Assembly (NCBI RefSeq): GCF_023055435.1
Contig: NW_025963868.1
Coordinates: forward strand, 1,922,001-1,986,000
Direction of reading: 5' to 3'
Source of the DNA: Haliotis rufescens
Lineage: Eukaryota
DNA: 64,000 bases
Shown: positions 11,377 through 24,625 of the stretch, one piece after another
How the letters are laid out: each line of letters opens with the position of its first letter
Position numbering within the stretch: the stretch's first letter is position 1
The notes under the pieces: generated by a model
Told to the model about the DNA's origin: nothing
The model's database searches: none
What the model saw: the letters and a program-made list of their open reading frames with translations, nothing else
Position numbers and translations under genes: made by a program

Positions 11377-11891
11377 ATATCAAGGATTTGTATACACTAC
11401 CAGTGTGTGAAAAAGTCTCAAACTATTGTTGGCCAGGTGGGCTAGCTATCCTTAAAAGTTTCAAATTTCACTAGCTTAAGTAACGGATAGGTTACTTTTC
11501 CACAAAGTTCATTCTGTGAAAGTATCAATACAGTGTACTGAAATTAAAAACCACGAGTCAAATATTATGAAGGGAGGTAACTCTGAGCTTGTAATTTGCA
11601 ACCTCGATTCATTAAAGATATTAATGGTGATATTTGATGGTGTTATTGATCTACAGAAAAGGGAGAAGTGTGCACAAAAAATATTCAAATGTCAATAACC
11701 AGTCGGGCCTTGATCATCAACGTTTACCACTTTATTGAAGCCAGAACCCTGGACATTGTGCTGACACACCAGGGACTATTTGGATGATACTGAGACTATA
11801 TGTAGGATCCAAGTTTAACGCTACAAAATCTGTTTAACTATATCTATAAAATCTATATAAACAAGATAATAAAAGCAGCCAAAGAGAAACA

Positions 11892-12058
11892 GTGAGTGAG
11901 TGAGTTTGGTTTTACGCAGCTTTTAGCAATATTCCAGCAATATCACGGCGGGGGACACAGAAATGGGCTTCACACACTGTACCCTTGTTGGGAATCGAAC
12001 CCTGGTCTTCGGCGTGACGAGCGAACGTTTTAACCACTAGGCTACCCGACCGCCCCCC
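11892..12058 (-). mobile_element. SINE family 2 (about 165 bp, tRNA-Asp-like head, (CACT)n tail) with TSD
   Basis: TSD CCAAAGAGAAACAG on both sides. The head contains a GTC anticodon-like loop (CGCTCGTCACGCCG). Further copies at 18251-18363(+), 21155-21290, 21508-21655, 22123-22289, 35297-35405, 36465-36620 and 60595-60712. Confidence 0.9.
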
Positions 12059-12414
12059 AAAGAGAAACAGATGACCATGTGAATGCTACTAATGACTGCT
12101 GTCAAGGATACCCAAAGAAGCTACACTTTTCCACAAACTGTCTTCATCTGAGGCTTGTAATGACATGAAATATCTCAGTAACCCTATCAAAAGTTGAGTT
12201 ATACATATGTATTACTTATGTGCTCCATACATGAAATGTCTGTCAGAGGTCATGGTGTGCAATATTACACTGTATGTATTTCACATACTTCAGTGGAACA
12301 TGCTGCGGAACACTGAACAAACAAGTGTCTGACTGTGGTCTACAATATTACACAGTTCCACCGTACATAGTCCCAGAGTTGAGTCATATTGTTTCACAAA
12401 GTTGCACAGAACAC

Positions 12415-14175
12415 AAAGTAGTCTATATCACCAACATCCACATCACATATTCCCCGTATCAACTGTCTGGGAATACCTGTATTACAAAGTACCATAGAAC
12501 ATTCTCAGGAGTAGTCTACATCCACGGCACATATTCCCTGTATAAACTGTCTGGGAATACCTGTATTACAAAGTACCATAGAACATTCTCAGGAGTAGTC
12601 TACATCCACGGCACATATTCCCTGTATAAACTGTCTGGGAATACCTGTATTACAAAGTACCATAGAACATTCTCAGGAGTAGTCTACATCCACGGCACAT
12701 ATTCCCTGTATAAACTGTCTGGGAATACCTGTATTACAAAGTACCATAGAACATTCTCAGGAGTAGTCTACATCCACGGCACATATTCCCTGTATAAACT
12801 GTCTGGGAATACCTGTATTACAAAGTACCATAGAACATTCTCAGGAGTAGTCTACATCCACGGCACATATTCCCTGTATAAACTGTCTGGGAATACCTGT
12901 ATTACAAAGTACCATAGAACATTCTCAGGAGTAATCTACGTCACCCCCATCCATGGCATATATTCCCTGTATCAACTGTCTTGGAATACCTGTATTACAA
13001 AGTACCATAAAACATTCTCAGGAGTAGTCTACATCCACGGCACATATTCCCTGTATCAACTGTCTGTGGATAACTGTATTACAAAGTACCTTGGAACATT
13101 CTCAGGAGTAGTCTACATCACCTACATGCACGGCACATATTCCCCGTATCAACTGTCTGGGAATACCTGTATTACAAAGTACCATAGAACATTCTCAGGA
13201 GTAGTCTACATCCTCGGCACATATTCCCTGTATAAACTGTCTGGGAATACCTGTATTACAAAATACCATAGAACATTCTCAGGAGTAGTCTACATCACCT
13301 ACATGCACGGCACATATTCCCCGTATCAACTGTCTGGGAATACCTGTATTACAAAGTACCATAGAACATTCTCAGGAGTAATCTACATCACCCACATCCT
13401 TGGCACATATTCCCCGTATCAACTGTCTGGGAATACCTGTATTACAAAGTACCATAGAACATTCTCAGGAGTAATCTACATCACCCACATCCATGGCACA
13501 TATTCCCCGTATCAACTGTCTGGGAATACCTGTATTACAAAGTACCATAGAACATTCTCAGGAGTAATCTACATCACCCACATCCATGGCACATATTCCC
13601 CGTATCAACTGTCTGGGAATACCTGTATTACAAAGTACCATAGAACATTCTCAGGAGTAATCTACATCACCCACATCCATGGCACATATTCCCCGTATCA
13701 ACTGTCTGCGGATAACTGTATTACAAAGTACCATAGAACATTCTCAGGAGTAATCTACATCACCCACATCCATGGCACATATTCGCTGTATCAACTGTCT
13801 GTGGATAACTGTATTACAAAGTACCATAGAACATTCTCAGGAGTAGTCTACATCACCTACATCCAAGGCACATATTCCCTGTATCAACTGTCTGTGGATA
13901 ACTGTATTACAAAGTACCATAGAACATTCTCAGGAGTAATCTACATCACCCACATCCATGGCACATATTCCCTGTATCAACTGTCTGTGGATAACTGTAT
14001 TACAAAGTACCATAGAACATTCTCAGGAGTAGTCTACATCACCTACATGCACGGCACATATTCCCTGTATCAACTGTCTGGGAATACTGTTTCACAAAGT
14101 TACACAGAACATACTGCCAGTAGTAGTCTGTATTACCTACATCCACGGCACATATTCCCCATATCAACTGTCTGT
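12415..14175. repeat. 84/93-bp tandem array immediately 3' of the ZNF stop codon
   Basis: About 19 units. The unit contains TATCAACTGTCTG, the reverse complement of the gene's last codons plus TGA. Confidence 0.95.
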
Positions 14176-17100
14176 CTGAGACTGCAGCATCTGGGCTATG
14201 ATGCTGGATGTGGATGGGGATCTGTTCAGAATGGGTCCCGTCGCCTTCTCCTCCCTCCTCCTCTTGCCAGTCACCTTCACCTTCTTACCTGGAGAAGTGG
14301 TTGGTCCCGCGAAGGGTCGCTTCAAGTTCTCTCTGATACTTGTTGGTGCCACCTCTGGTGGTGACACTGGGGTCGCCTGGGTCCTGATCACCTTTGCATA
14401 AACTGCTGCTGTGTGGATGTGTTGCTGGCGTGAGGGTCGAACATCCCTACCAGACATTAGAGGTTCACTTGACTTTAGGATAACGCTACAGAGATTGCTC
14501 TTGACTGGACTCCTGGCGATATTAGATTTTGAATCTGAGGTCTTCTTCACATCAGTCCCAGACACAAGGCTTGATTCATCAGATACTGCTGTACTTGGAG
14601 CAGATGGTGATACAGCTTCAGGATTCTGTTTGGCTTCTTCAACTTTTCTTTCATCTGGTACCGACTTTGTCTGCAATAATTTGGTTTTCAGAGCAGATGA
14701 AAGCATAAACGGAAGGAGCTTCCCCTCGAGGTCACTTTCATCACAAGAGTCGATAGACGTGACCTCCTGTTTGACCTCTAAGACCTCGGGAATGTCCTCC
14801 GACTCCTGTTCCCCGGTAGACTTCCACTCAGGGTGTGTGCGGATGTGGCGGTAATGGCTGCCGTAGTTGTTGAACTGCCTCTCACAGAACATACACTTGT
14901 AGGGCTTCTCCCCCGTGTGGATTCGCATGTGAACGCGGTAGTGACACGACGCTGTGAACGTCTTTCCGCAGATGTTACAGGAGAAGGGCCGGTCCCCTGT
15001 GTGGGTCCGCATGTGCACCGTGAGTGAGTTGGAGTACAGAAAGCTCTTATCACAGATGTCACACTTGAACTTGCGCTCACCGACATGGGTGAGCTTGTGT
15101 CGTCCAAGTATCGAAGATGAAGAATACGATTTCAAACATATAGAACATTTAAAAGGTCGTTCGCCTGTGTGGGATCTCAGGTGATCCTTCAGTGTGGTAG
15201 AAAGGGCGAACGCCTTCCCGCATTGATCACATCCAAACGGTTTCTCCCCTGTGTGTGTCCTTGTGTGTCGCTCCAACTCCGACGGCGAGTAGAACGTCTT
15301 CTCACACTGCTTGCACTTGTTCAGCGCCATTCGTTTATGAACATAACGAACATGGACGGCCTTCCTATTCTTGGAACGAAAAACCAGGCCACACTTCTCA
15401 CAGGGGTAACTCTCTGCGACTGGCATCAACGCAGGGTCCACTTTGTCCACCAGCTCCACCAAACCCTTATCCGACTCCCGCATATGACAGTGCATGTGTT
15501 TCCGCAGGCTTGAGGCCTGCTTGAACTGGGAACCACAGATAGCACACATGGTGACGTTCCCGTGTGTCAGCAGTCCCTTGTGTGTCTGGAGATGTCCTGA
15601 CAAATGCCAGGAACGCTGAAAGGTCTTCTTGCAAACAGGACAACCGTACGGTCTGTCGAGAGAGCAGGCATCGTGAGTGTTCATATGTTCAAAAGCCTGT
15701 TTCAAGGTGGGAGAGACCTTCCCACACCTGAAGCAGTTTAACTCATCGATCTTCTTGGAGTGGGTTTTCACATGAACGATGAGCGCTCCGGGGGTACCGA
15801 ATGCTTTGTCACATATCCCACACCGATACAGGGAAGGTGTCCCTTGTAGAGGAGTGACCTCTTTCTGTTGAGGTGATGTTTGAACTTTCATCACTTGTTT
15901 TTGTGTCACCGGATGAAGCTTAAACACAAGATTTTGTGTCCCTGTTTGCTGTTGTGCCACTGATTGTAGTTTCACCACTGGTTGCTGTTGTGCAACTGCT
16001 TTCAATTTCACAAACGGTTGCTGTTGTGCCACTTGTTGCAGTTTCACAACTGGTTGCTGTTGTGCCACTTGTTGCAGTTTCACAACTGGTTGCTGTTGTG
16101 CAACTGCTTTCAATTTCACAAACGTTTGCTGTTGTGCCACTTGTTGCAGTTTCACCACTGGTTGCTGTTGTGCCACTTGTTGCAGTTTCACAACTGGTTG
16201 CTGTTGTGCAACTGCTTTCAATTTCACAACTGGTTGCTGTTGTGCAACTGCTTTCAATTTCACAACTGGTTGCTGTTGTGCCACTTGTTGCAGTTTCACC
16301 ACCGGCTGCTGTTGTGCCACTTGTTGCAGTTTCACCACCGGTTGCTCTTGTGCAACATGTTGCAGTTTTATCAGAGGCTGGGTCTGTATTTGTATCAGTG
16401 GCTGCTTGTGTTTTGCTATCAAGGGTTGTGTGTTGGTCACTGATAGCCGTGTTGTCATAGGCTGGAGTTTTGGTTGTATCTTAATCCATGGTCGCTTTGG
16501 GGCGAATAGTTGTTCCTTTTTGGCTTGCTGTTTTGTTGGTTGCTGTTTTACCTCAGGTTGTTGTTCAATTGGTGGCTCTTCTTTTACTGGCTGGTGCTTA
16601 CCTGCAAGTCGCTGTTGTTTTGCTAACTGCCGTTTTGCTAACAGTTGTTGTTTTACTGTTCGCAGTTTTGACACAGCCGGTGGTTTTACTGGTTGCAGTT
16701 TTGCCAATTCTTTCTGCTGTTTTATTATTTGCAGTTTTTCCACAAGTTGCTGTTTGACTGATTTCTGCTTTGTCACAGTTTGCTGTTGTCCTGGTGGTTG
16801 TATTTCACCACGAGGTCTCTTTTCTTTAACAGAATCAGGACTTATCACAAGCTGCTCCTTGGTCTCAGGATGTCCTTCCTCCAGTTGCTGTTTGTCATGT
16901 TCATCAAATATATCCCGAGATGATTTGTGGATGTACACCATATTGCCAACGTCTGCCTGAGACAAGTCCTCATCACTGACAGGTTCTTCCTTCACCTGTA
17001 CATTGTCCAACTCCTCATCTTCACTGTCCCCACCACCCTTTGCCAGCATCGCGGTAGCTTCTCCACCCACATCAGCACAACTCCCAGTCTGGTCGTTTTC

Positions 17101-18550
17101 TGCCTCTGTTTCCTCCCCAGGCTCAACTTTCACGTCCGTCATGACGGCATCGTCCTCGGTGTCCACACCGCCTAACGCGGGATGACTGCACTGCAGGCTC
17201 TCCATACCTTCCTCTGGTTCTTTCTTAATGGTAACCATGGGAACCATCATTGTCCATTCGGTTGAGTCACTTCCCACGAAGCCAAAACCAGGCGCGATGA
17301 TCTCAGATGGGTTCACACCACAATTACTACCTGGATCTGACGTCGTGGTTTCATGTCCGTGGTCACCGACATCCTCCTGGTCCCCTTCACCATCATCGTC
17401 ACCATCATCGTCACCATCATCGTCACCATCATCGTCACCTCCATCATCATCATAATCACCATCGTCACCGACATCATCATCGCCATCAATGTCATCATCA
17501 TCGTCATCGTCATCATCATCATTCCTTGTAATGATGAAGGAATCACTGTCTACGACTCTGTTTCCTGCCCCAGGTTCTGTCTTGATGACGGTGTTACCGT
17601 CACTGCCTATCACATAGATCTCTGATGTTTTCCCACATGTGTCAACTTTTGTCGTGATATTGACTTCAGATGCTGAACCAGGATTCCGATTACTTTCGAC
17701 TGGAGCAGACACTGCTTTGTGTCCACCTGAATCGGTCCTCACCTCACCCTCCGTATTGGGAATATCCTGCAAAACAAAAGGATACAAATTTGAAATGTCC
17801 ATTCTGGAAAAAAACAAAAGCGTTTCATGCTGAAAAAATTGTCCATCACATTAAATCAGAAATCATAAGACCTGGATTATTACACCCCTTGAAACCGGTG
17901 TAATCAAGGATTATATCCTACCTAAATATTATCCCAAGGAGAGTTTTACTCTACAGTATAGTATAGGATAGGATTAAACACACTGGCAGGGGTTCAAATT
18001 CACAAGGGAGAATCATCCTGACACTAGAGAATCGCAACCATATATTCGAAATAAAAATTTCAAAATTTTAATTGAGAACTGTATCAACATATTTTTCAAG
18101 CGTAGTCTGAAATGAAAGTCACCAGATTGAAACGAGTGCCGTAAAGCTCAAGAAAGCGTAATGGGATGTCCTCAGATCTTTGTTTAGCGGCAGCGAGAAC
18201 TGATCTGATTTTGATGAGATTGATATAGCAAGGCAGGGCTTCATGCAGGCGGGGGCGGTCGGGTAGCCTGGTGGTTAAAGCCCATTTCTGGTGTCCCCCG
18301 CCGTGATATTGCTGGAATATTGCTAAAAGCGGCGTAAAACCATACTCACTCACTCACTCACTCATGCGGGCCATGGCAGGTCTCTTCTGTTTCAAATGTT
18401 CATCCAACTGAAGCACAGCATGTTGACAGAATCCAGCTGAGATTCAAGTCTAGACTAAACCCAGACTTAAAGCAAACACTCCTTCCACTGACCCACCATC
18501 CCCATTCTTACCATTCCAACAGCTTGACTGTCGCTCTTAGACGCCAACAT
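14164..18550 (-). CDS. C2H2 zinc-finger transcription factor (11 fingers), about 1,214 aa; exons 18550-18512 and 17767-14164
   Basis: Eleven C2H2 fingers, the last ones with TGEKPF/TGERPF/TGDRPF linkers. Acidic D/G tract and Q-rich 12-aa repeats. Acceptor TTTGCAG|GAT at 17767 is in phase 0 with the upstream exon ATG TTG...GGA ATG|GTAAGA. Confidence 0.9.
15940..16370 (-). repeat. 36-bp coding tandem repeat (VVKLQQVAQQQP)
   Basis: About 12 in-frame units within the ZNF exon. Confidence 0.9.
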
Positions 18551-18568
18551 AGCGCGGTCCTTGCTTAC
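18512..18568 (-). other. 57-nt start-codon exon beginning with a 5' splice-site motif (TTTCAG|GTAAGC)
   Basis: Branch-like CTAAT, then TTTCAG (AG at 18570-18569), exon start GTAAGC, ATG at 18550, donor GTAAGA at 18511. Confidence 0.7.
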
Positions 18569-18621
18569 CTGAAACATACAATCCAAATCCATTAGAGGAA
18601 AAACTGTCAGTCCTCAGGCAA

Positions 18622-20552
18622 TATGACCTGAATAACTGAGTGGATATGACCTGAATAACTGAGTGGATATGACCTGAATAACTGAAAGGCTTTGTCCTGA
18701 ATAACTGAGAGATATGACCTGAATAACTGAGAGGCTTTGACCCGAATAACTGAGAGACTATGACCTGAATAACTGAGATATGACCTGAATAACTGAGAGG
18801 CTTTGACCCGAATAACTGAGAGGTTATGACCTGAATAACTGAGAGACTATGACCTGAATAACTGAGATATGACCTGAATAACTGAGAGGCTTTGACCCGA
18901 ATAACTGAGAGGCTATGACCTGAATAACTGAGAGGATATGACCTGAATAACTGATTAGATATGACCTGAATAACTGAGTGATATGACCTGAATAACTGAG
19001 AGGCTATGACCTGAATAACTGAGGCTATGACCTGAATAAATGAGTGATATGACCTGAATAACTGAGAGACTTTGACCTGAATAACTGAGAGGCTATGACC
19101 TGAATAACTGAGGATATGACCTGAATAACTGAGAGGCTATGACCTGAATAACAGAGCTATGACCTGAATAACTGAGAGGATATGACCTGAATAACTGAGA
19201 AGATATGACCTGAATAACCGAGAGATACGACCTGAATGACCGAGAGATATGACCTGAATAACCGAGAGATATTACCTGAATAACCGAGAGATATGACCTG
19301 AATAACTGAGAGTCTATGGCCTGAATAACTGAGAGATATGACCTGAATAACTGAGAAGATATGACCTGAATAACTGAGATGATATGACCTGAATAACTGA
19401 GAGGATATGACCTGAATAACTGAGAAGATATGACCTGAATAACCGAGAGATATGACCTGAATAACCGAGAGGATATGACCTGAATAACCGAGAGGATATG
19501 ACCTGAATAATCGAGAGATATGACCTGAATAACCGAGAGGATATGACCTGAATAACTGAGAGGATATGACCTGAATAACCGAGATATGACCTCAATAACC
19601 GAGAGATATGACCGGAATAACTGAGAGGATATGACCTGAATAACTGAGAAGATGTGACTTAAATAACCGAGAGATATGACCTGAATAACTGAGAGGATAT
19701 GACCTGAATAACCAAGAGATATGACGTGAATAACCGAGATATATGACCTGAACAACTGAGGAGATATGACCTGAATAACTGAGAGGATATGACCTGAATA
19801 ACTGAGAGGATATGACCTGAATAACTGAGAAGATATGACCTAAATAACCGAGAGATATGACCTGAATAACCGAGAGATATGACCTGAATAACTGAGAGAC
19901 TTTGACCTGAATAACTGAGAGGATATGACCTGAATAACTGAGAGGCTATGACCGGAATAACTGAGAGACTTTGACCTGAATAACTGAGAGGATATGACCT
20001 GAATAACTTAGAGGATATGACCTGAATAACGGAGAGATATGACCTGAATAACTGAGAGGATATGACCTGAATAACTGAGAGGATATGACCTGAATAACTG
20101 AGAGATATGACCTGAATAACTGAGAGGATATGACCTGAATAACCGAGAGGATATGACCTGAATAACTGAGAAGATATGACCTGAATAACCGAGAGGATAT
20201 GACCTTAATAACTGAGATGATATGACCCTTAATAACCGAGAGATATTACCTGAATAACTGAGATATATGACCTGAATAACCGAGATATATGACCTGAATG
20301 ACCGAGAGATATGACCTGAATAAGTGAGAGGATATGACCTGAATAACTGAGAGGATATTACCTGAATAACTGAGATATATGACCTGAATGACCGAGAGAT
20401 ATGACCTGAATAAGTGAGAGGATATGACCTGAATAACTGAGAGGATATTACCTGAATAACTGAGATATATGACCTGAATAACCGAGATATATGACCTGAA
20501 TAACCGAGAGATATTACCTGAATAAGTGAGAGGATATGACCTGAACAACTGC
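18622..20552. repeat. Minisatellite, 21-24 bp unit (ATATGACCTGAATAACTGAGAGG)
   Basis: About 80-85 units. Confidence 0.95.
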
Positions 20553-21675
20553 CAGGTCATTTCTTTTCAAATACTTAAAAGTTTTTCACCATTCTAACAA
20601 AGTTTTTATAATAATTACAATATAGTGGTTGATAAATCCAAAATAGAACTACTCGCAAAATTCCATGACAAAAAATGTACATGTGAGAACTCTTATTGGA
20701 GACAATACATGACTAAATGCTGAGTACATTAACTTGCCAAAACAAAAGTACTCAAAGCTCATTTGGTTACAACTATTAAATACTACAGACTGTTTATACC
20801 ATAAACACAATCTTCGAAATTCCCACCAGTCTGCAAGCTCGAGACAATTAATGGTATTCACAACTAACGAGGGCTGTAATTCTGAACCGGTTCTCAATGT
20901 TTCATTTTTGCAATATGTCCATTGACCGTTTATGGAACAGAATAAAACTGACAGAAAATGTAAACAAAGCAAACATTTTTGTGTTATTCAAGCAGGACTA
21001 GCAACAGATTCTGAGGACTAGTGAAAAAAGACTCAGGCACTAGAGTGCTATCGGCTGATCTGACATTTTAATTCCATCTGTAACAGGCTGAAAGTTTCTG
21101 GACACATCTAATGATATCACCTCCTTGAAACATTTGGAAAAAAGAGGTGAGTCTATGAGTATTGTTTAATGCCTCTTTTAGCAATATTCCAGCAATGGGC
21201 TTCAAACAATGTACCCATGTCGGGAATCAAACCCTGGACTACAGCATGACAAACGAACGCTTTAACCACTAGGCCATCCTACCGTCCCACTAGACAACAG
21301 GGGATGCTTAGTAACGGTCAATACGATACGCTGGGTGCCGCATTAAACAACAAACAAACAAACAAACAAACAATTTGTATGCATCTTCAACTCTTGACAC
21401 AAGGGATCAGTAAAATACAAACAGGATCTTCGTATTTTCTTGTCAGATAACATGTTAATCACATCAAATCACATTAGTCAAAATTGCAACTTTTTTAGGT
21501 CCCTGGATGAGAGTGTTTTGAGCCACTTTTAGCAATATTCTAGCCATATCACTGCGGGGAACACACAAAATTGGCTTCACACATTGTACCCACATGGGAA
21601 CCCAGCCTTTAGTGTCATGAGCTAATGCATTAACCACTGGGCTATTCCACCACCCCTCTCAAAACAAGCAAAGAT

Positions 21676-22121
21676 CAGAGCTACAGATAAGCAGCGTATT
21701 TGCGTAAAATAACCCCCAAAAATAGTCAAAACCCAATTACTTTCAATTAACTTGCGTGAAGAAACACATGCATTAAAGGAAAAACTCAAATGTATAAAAA
21801 CAGCACTCGTAAATTCCCAATGAAGCTTTTTCAGCATGCGTACAAAGGAGCTGTTTTCCAAAACACAATTACGAGCTAATTTACTTTCCGGATCAAGCCT
21901 ATTTATTTAGAACATCTAATATTTACATCTAAAACATTATTTCATATTTTTTTTAAATCTTAAAATGTTCACTAATTTTGGGAAATACCCAATAGATTGA
22001 TCATGTTGATGAAAAGATGAGTGAAAAAATATTGGTTACCCAATGAAAAATGTAATGACCCAATTAAAATAGAAACCCTGGAGTAAAATCTCAATGGCTC
22101 AAAATGTTATCTGGAGCTCTG
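21676..22121. mobile_element. CAGAGCTCCAGATAAG-family MITE with a SINE inserted in its right TIR
   Basis: TIR CAGAGCTACAGATAAG...TTATCTGGAGCTCTG. The SINE at 22123-22289 duplicates CTGGAGCTCTGGA. Inverted copy at 35791-36208. Confidence 0.85.
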
Positions 22122-22409
22122 GAGTGAGTGAGTGAGTATGGTTTTACGCCGCTTTTAGCAATATTCCAGCAATATCACGGCGGGGGACATCAGAAATGGT
22201 CTTCACACATTGTACCCATGTCGGGAATGGAACCCGGGTCTTCTGCGTGACGAGCGAACGCTTTAACCACTAGGCTACCCGACCGCCCCTGGAGCTCTGG
22301 AAGATGACACCTATTACAGCCTCGAGCATCCATGTTCAAGCCCCCAAATGATAACTGAGGCTGCGAGACTTGAACACAGACAGCGCAAGGTAAATGCCTG
22401 TTTACCTAC

Positions 22410-22534
22410 CCATGCACCAGCCTTGTCCACTCTAGTGCTGAAGGCGATTCCTCGGTCCAAAAGCTTTCCCTGAATACAAAGTTGACTATCGTCATTAACA
22501 GGAAGATGTATCGCTGTCACGTAGTTTATTCAAA
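22410..22534 (-). other. Possible internal non-coding exon of the ZNF locus
   Basis: CTGAC branch-like motif, then GTCTTCAGTATTTCAG acceptor; donor TGG|GTAGGT; non-repetitive sequence. Confidence 0.4.
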
Positions 22535-23089
22535 CTGAAATACTGAAGACGAGTCAGCGAGACTGTTCACATGATTCTTAACACTGAAAAGATCCTTAAG
22601 TTTACCATTTTCAAAAAAGTTTACCATCTTCAAAAATGTATTTAATCTTGGTCAAAATAACTGCATCTTTCTTGACACAATCACTCCACTATAGCACTTG
22701 AAACAAGAGCATGGTTACATCAGCTAATCACTACAAAAGTATGAAAATTTGTATTGTGTTGCCGATTCAAAATGATGACAAAATCCACATGAAATATCAA
22801 GAGTTTATTCAGAATGTTGTCCCTATGTTGTCAAGGTAGCTAAGGTAACCATGGTAATGAAGACTATATAACCAGGGATGATACAACAAAGAAACTTTCA
22901 GAAAACGAGAGAAGTCAAAAGCAAATAACTGTTGACTTTTGTCTACAATATTTCAGTTTGCAAATGAAACAAACATCACAACATATATGTCTATTAAAAC
23001 ATCAACAAATAACATCAATAATGAATTTGCATGTGCTCCAGAAAGTAGCCATGAAAAACATGTCCATGTTTCTCATATGAACACCCACT

Positions 23090-24625
23090 CAGGCCCGAGA
23101 CGATTCTACCTGCCATTCGGGTCATTCATGGACCCATACAAATTTGAAACTACGGGCCCGAGACGATTCTACCTGCCATTCGGGTCATTCATTGACCCCT
23201 ACAAATTTGAAACTACGGGCCCGAGACGAAATCTACCTGCCATTCGGGTCATTCATGGACCCATACAAATTTGAAACTACGGGCCCGAGACGAAATCTAC
23301 CTGCCATTCGGGTCATTCATGGACCCATACAAATTTGAAACTACGGGCCCGAGACGAAATCTACCTGCCATTCGGGTCATTCATGGACCCATACAAATTT
23401 GAAACTACGGGCCCGAGACGAAATCTATCTGCCATTCGGGTCATTCATGGACCCATACAAATTTGAAACTACGGGCCCGAGACGAAATCTACCTGCCATT
23501 CGGGTCATTCATGGACCCATACAAATTTGAAACTACGGGCCCGAGACGAAATCTACCTGCCATTCGGGTCATTCATGGACCCATACAAATTTGAAACTAC
23601 AGGCCCGAGACGATTCTACCTGCCATTCGGGTCATTCAAGGACCCATACAAATTTGAAACTACGGGCCCGAGACGATTCTACCTGCCATTCGGGTCATTC
23701 ATGGACCCATACAAATTTGAAACTACGGGCCCGAGACGAAATCTACCTGCCATTCGGGTCATTCATGGACCCATACAAATTTGAAACTACGGGCCCGAGA
23801 CGATTCTACCTGCCATTCGGGTCATTCAAGGACCCATACAAATTTGAAACTACAGGCCCGAGACGATTCTACCTGCCATTCGGGTCATTCATGGACCCAT
23901 ACAAATTTGAAACTACGGGCCCGAGACGAAATCAAACTGCCATTCGGGTCATTCATGGACCCATACAAATTTGAAACTACGGGCCTGAGACGAAATCTAC
24001 CTGCCATTCGGGTCATTCAAGGACCCCTACAAATTTGAAACTACAGGCCCGAGACGATTCTACCTGCCATTCGGGTCATTCATGGACCCATACAAATTTG
24101 AAACTACGGGCCCGAGACGAAATCTACCTGCCATTCGGGTCATTCATGGACCCATACAAATTTGAAACTACAGGCCCGAGACGATTCTACCTGCCATTTG
24201 GGTCATTCAAGGACCCCTACAAATTTGAAACTACAGGCCCGAGACGATTCTACCTGCCATTCGGGTCATTCATGGACCCATACAAATTTGAAACTACGGG
24301 CCCGAGACGAAATCTACCTGCCATTCGGGTCATTCATGGACCCATACAAATTTGAAACTACAGGCCCGAGACGATTCTATCTGCCATTCGGGTCATTCAA
24401 GGACCCATACAAATTTGAAACTACAGGCCCGAGGCGATTCTACGTGCCAATTCGGGTCATTTGAGGACCCATACAAATTTTAAACTACGGGACCAAGGCG
24501 AAATCTACGTGCCAATTCGGGTCATTTGAGGACCCATACAAATTTGAAACTATGGGCCCAAGGGTAAATCTACGTGCCAATTCGGGTCATTTGAGGACCC
24601 CTACAAATTTTAAACTACAGGCCCT
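23090..24625. repeat. Satellite-like array, 63/64-bp unit
   Basis: About 24 highly similar units of AAATTTGAAACTACGGGCCCGAGACGAAATCTACCTGCCATTCGGGTCATTCATGGACCCATAC, diverging at the right end. Confidence 0.95.

Noticed and set aside
12274-14364. 696-aa plus-strand ORF as a real gene
   Set aside because: It arises from an 84/93-bp tandem unit without stops in one frame, is antisense to the ZNF 3' end, and has no recognisable domain.
17768-17817. ORF-track N-terminus MFFSRMDISNLYPFVLQ of the ZNF
   Set aside because: This is intron polypyrimidine tract ending in TTTGCAG; the real start is more likely in the 18550 exon.
23090-24625. CRISPR array or coding repeats
   Set aside because: A homogeneous satellite with frameshifting 63/64-bp units and no spacers.
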